Shown one piece after another: positions 42,444-44,426 of a stretch of DNA of 44,426 nucleotides. The translations under genes were made by a program, and so were the position numbers. Location of the stretch: IMG/VR virus record IMGVR_UViG_3300019458_000013, positions 1 through 44,426 of that record; one strand, written 5' to 3'. Source of the DNA: a virus. The notes under the pieces were generated by a model. The model saw only the letters and a list, made by a program, of their open reading frames with translations. It did not search any database and was not told the DNA's origin. Position 1 is the stretch's first letter; every line of letters starts with the position of its first letter.

Positions 42444-42494
42444 GCCCCATGCCGCCCGGGCGGGGCGCCGCAGCGCCCGACCCGCGGGGCACGG
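42444..42494 (-). ncRNA. 51-nt structured intercistronic element, copy B
   Basis: Same flanks as copy A (GCCCCATGCCGCCCGGG and CCCGCGGGGCACGG on the plus strand). Central stem GGGCGC cgca GCGCCC. It ends 26 nt upstream of the next start codon. Confidence 0.45.
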
Positions 42495-42504
42495 TCTCTG
42501 GCGT

Positions 42505-42945
42505 CTAGCCCAGCCGGCGCACCCGAAGCCGACCCTCGAGTCGGCGCCGCCAGGGGAACAGGCGCGGGTCCGCGGTCGCCAACCAGTCTGCGCATGCCGT
42601 GCACGCGGCTAGCCACGCCACGGCGGGGGGACCGTCCGGCGACCCGCGACGCAAACTGATCTCCTCCGTTGCCGGGGCGCCGCACACGGTGAGGCGTCCG
42701 ATAACGTGACATGTCGGTTTCATTCGCTTCTCCCTTCCGTTGCTCTGTCGGCGGATCGCCGCTGCGTGCCGGCGTCGAATGTCCGTGCTCTGCTCCGCGT
42801 TGGCCAGCACGTCGAGATAGCTGGATTGCCACGGCCAGCGCGCGCGCTCAGCAGCCGTGATGCAGACCGGGCACCCTGCCGGGACTGCGTGGTCGTCATC
42901 ATGATTTCCTCCTCCATCTCTCAACGCGAGTGTAGCACAGCGCAT
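42505..42945 (-). CDS. hypothetical protein, start uncertain (a single 146-aa ORF, or a 60-aa plus 72-aa coupled pair)
   Basis: The long frame has the higher third-position GC (about 77 against 68 percent). However, a GGAGGAGG RBS precedes an out-of-frame ATGATG at 42902, and an ATGA junction at 42723 fits two coupled genes. Confidence 0.4.
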   Translation of the reverse strand: MRCATLALRDGGGNHDDDHAVPAGCPVCITAAERARWPWQSSYLDVLANAEQSTDIRRRHAAAIRRQSNGREKRMKPTCHVIGRLTVCGAPATEEISLRRGSPDGPPAVAWLAACTACADWLATADPRLFPWRRRLEGRLRVRRLG

Positions 42946-42991
42946 CTAGCTGCGCTGCACCATCCGGCCTATACCATGCACGCAAGGTCCC

Positions 42992-43010
42992 GGAATCCCG
43001 CAGGAATCCC
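42992..43010. repeat. GGAATCCC direct repeat, 11-bp period
   Basis: GGAATCCC at 42992-42999 and 43003-43010. Confidence 0.6.
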
Positions 43011-43105
43011 ATCCTGCACCCTCTCTCATGGGGGGCTTGACAAGGTTCGTCATGGATACATCGCGCCGGCAAGACCCCGAAAAGACTGAGGGAAAAAGTG
43101 CATAT

Positions 43106-43176
43106 TCACAGTTGCACCACCAAATGCCTCTACTGTGAGAGACCTCCACAGTTCCTGTCCCGAGATCACTACTGTG
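43106..43176. repeat. two successive CACAGT...ACTGTG inverted repeats, about 40 bp apart
   Basis: CACAGT at 43107 and 43147. ACTGTG at 43132 and 43171. Spacers of 19 and 18 nt. AT-richer context. Confidence 0.55.
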
Positions 43177-43395
43177 CTACTCAAGCACTCCCCCTCTTCT
43201 CTTCTCTTCTAGTCCTGCGATACCATCTATGGGATAGGGTTTTCACCATTCGCCGGCCGGAGCCCGCCCTGGACCCTCTGGAGTCGTAGCCCGACCCGCA
43301 CAGCCCATGGCAGCCCCACGACCGCCAAAGGGCAACCACGGGGCGAATCGGGTGGGTCGTGGATACGATCAAGCGCTTGTGCTATTCCAACGCCC

Positions 43396-43427
43396 GGATG
43401 CTCGGATGCTCGGATGCTCGGATGCCC
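43396..43427. repeat. 4 x 8-bp tandem repeat GGATGCTC (last unit GGATGCCC)
   Basis: The run reads directly as ggatgctc ggatgctc ggatgctc ggatgccc. Confidence 0.9.
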
Positions 43428-43693
43428 AGAAAGAGTCCTCTCACCAAGGCGATGCTGAGGCGACGGTGCCAGCGATGCTGCCGGGTCGGCGTGCCAGTGC
43501 GGGAGGGGCGGTCCACGTGCGCCCGATGCTCGCCGCCGGGCGGACATCGACGAGATCACCTGGCCAGGGTCGTGCGATCGGGTCATCGCAGCCACGAGGC
43601 GGGAGAGAGGAGCCCACGCGCCTTAACGCGCGGCCGGCGGCGGTACGCCGGCCCCCACGGCGCCCTGGCGATGGCGCTCTGACCCCCCCGGAC

Positions 43694-43717
43694 TGGTGAA
43701 AATCAGGGTTTTCACCA
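43694..43717. other. hairpin TGGTGAAAA-tcaggg-TTTTCACCA
   Basis: Perfect 9-bp arms. The right arm belongs to a 13-mer (AGGGTTTTCACCA) that also occurs at 43236-43248. Confidence 0.6.
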
Positions 43718-43946
43718 CACCCCGGCTCAACGATTCCAGGTAGTTAGCTCGCTTCGCCGCCGACCTCGAGGTCGAGGCGCCCGCCGGCTGCCCTCGAGGC
43801 CCGACGGTCGGGGCCGGCCGGGGGGTGATCGACCCAGCCCCCCCTCTCAGTCCCAGACCCCCACCTCCCCAGATTTTTTCATGGGGTCCGGCCGGTGTTC
43901 CAGACTTGACGCTCGATTCCCACGGACGATGGTATCGAGCGGTGAC

Positions 43947-43976
43947 TTGACAATACCGGAGTGCATGCGGTAGCGA
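43947..43976 (+). promoter_or_regulatory. weak candidate promoter upstream of the methyltransferase
   Basis: TTGACA (43947-43952), then 18 nt, then TAGCGA. The -10 match is poor. Confidence 0.2.
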
Positions 43977-44003
43977 GGGTGGTGCGGTGTGGCTGTACGT
44001 TCC

Positions 44004-44426
44004 ATGCACATCCTCTCCCTCTGTTCCGGTATCGGTGGCCTCGATGTCGGCGTCCGACTGGCGGTGCCAGGCGCTCGCGTCGTCTGCCATGTGGAGAACG
44101 AGGCGTATGCCGCCAGCGTTCTGGTGGCGCGCATGGAAGCGGGTGAGCTGGCTCCGTGCCCTGTGTGGTCGGATCTCAAAACCTTCGAGGGCCGCCCGTG
44201 GCGTGGCGTCGTGGATTGCCTCACAGCGGGATTCCCGTGCCCTCCGGTCAGCGTGGCAGGGCAGCGGAAGGGAATACGGGACGAACGATGGCTCTGGCCG
44301 GACATCGCCCGCATCGTTGCCGCCGTCCTTCCCCGTCATGTGTTTCTCGAGAATGTGCCCGGCCTGCTCACCGCGTCTGCTGGTCGCGCCTTCGGTGACG
44401 TGCTCCGGTCCTTGGCCACGCTCGGG
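44004..44426 (+). CDS. DNA (cytosine-5)-methyltransferase, 5' part (continues into 1..828 through the circular junction)
   Basis: MHILSLCSGIGGLDVG (motif I) and GFPCPPVSVAG (motif IV with the catalytic Cys). The frame is continuous with bases 1..828, since 44304-44426 duplicate 1-123. Confidence 0.85.
   Translation, partial: MHILSLCSGIGGLDVGVRLAVPGARVVCHVENEAYAASVLVARMEAGELAPCPVWSDLKTFEGRPWRGVVDCLTAGFPCPPVSVAGQRKGIRDERWLWPDIARIVAAVLPRHVFLENVPGLLTASAGRAFGDVLRSLATLG
44304..44426. repeat. terminal overlap, copy 2 (identical to 1..123)
   Basis: Direct reading of both ends. Confidence 0.9.

Noticed and set aside
43098-43699. Protein-coding ORFs in the non-coding region (43098..43289, 43307..43699, 43359..43682)
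   Set aside because: Codon bias is poor or the translations are junk-like and Arg-rich. The DNA repeats are read in different frames, and there is no motif. The 63-aa ORF at 43098 has a weak GAGGG RBS, so it is not fully excluded.

Overview
The window is a complete, circularly assembled phage genome of about 44.3 kb; bases 1-123 are identical to 44304-44426. It is high-GC and temperate, and its late-gene order resembles a podovirus. A long rightward (+) unit starts near a promoter-like site at about 1542. It carries small early genes, a RuvC-like resolvase, a GH24 lysozyme, an excisionase-type HTH and an Ead/Ea22-like protein. Next come the terminase, portal, scaffold, major capsid, adaptor and nozzle candidates. 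Fibre genes with internal tandem duplications follow, then a LamG-like protein and a 1233-aa cysteine-rich secreted protein. The unit ends with putative internal or ejection proteins, a lipoprotein, a subtilisin-like S8 lipoprotein protease and small membrane proteins. The leftward (-) block at 42945-33873 holds small early genes separated by structured intergenic elements, a DUF2786-like protein, a RecT-like annealase, a YqaJ-like exonuclease, an accessory cluster, a tyrosine integrase and a small ribbon-helix-helix gene missed by the ORF track. A Cro-like HTH gene diverges from the recombination operon. A non-coding, repeat-dense region of about 1 kb (42946-44003) precedes a C5 DNA methyltransferase that wraps the circular junction; its conserved motifs sit in two reading frames. 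In this GC-rich DNA most long ORFs on the opposite strand or in alternative frames are shadows. I chose frames from recognisable motifs, third-position GC counted by eye, GGAGG-type ribosome-binding sites and ATGA/TGATG stop-start overlaps. No tRNA, rRNA, CRISPR array, polymerase or reverse transcriptase was recognised. Functional names come from motif recognition only; no database search was run.
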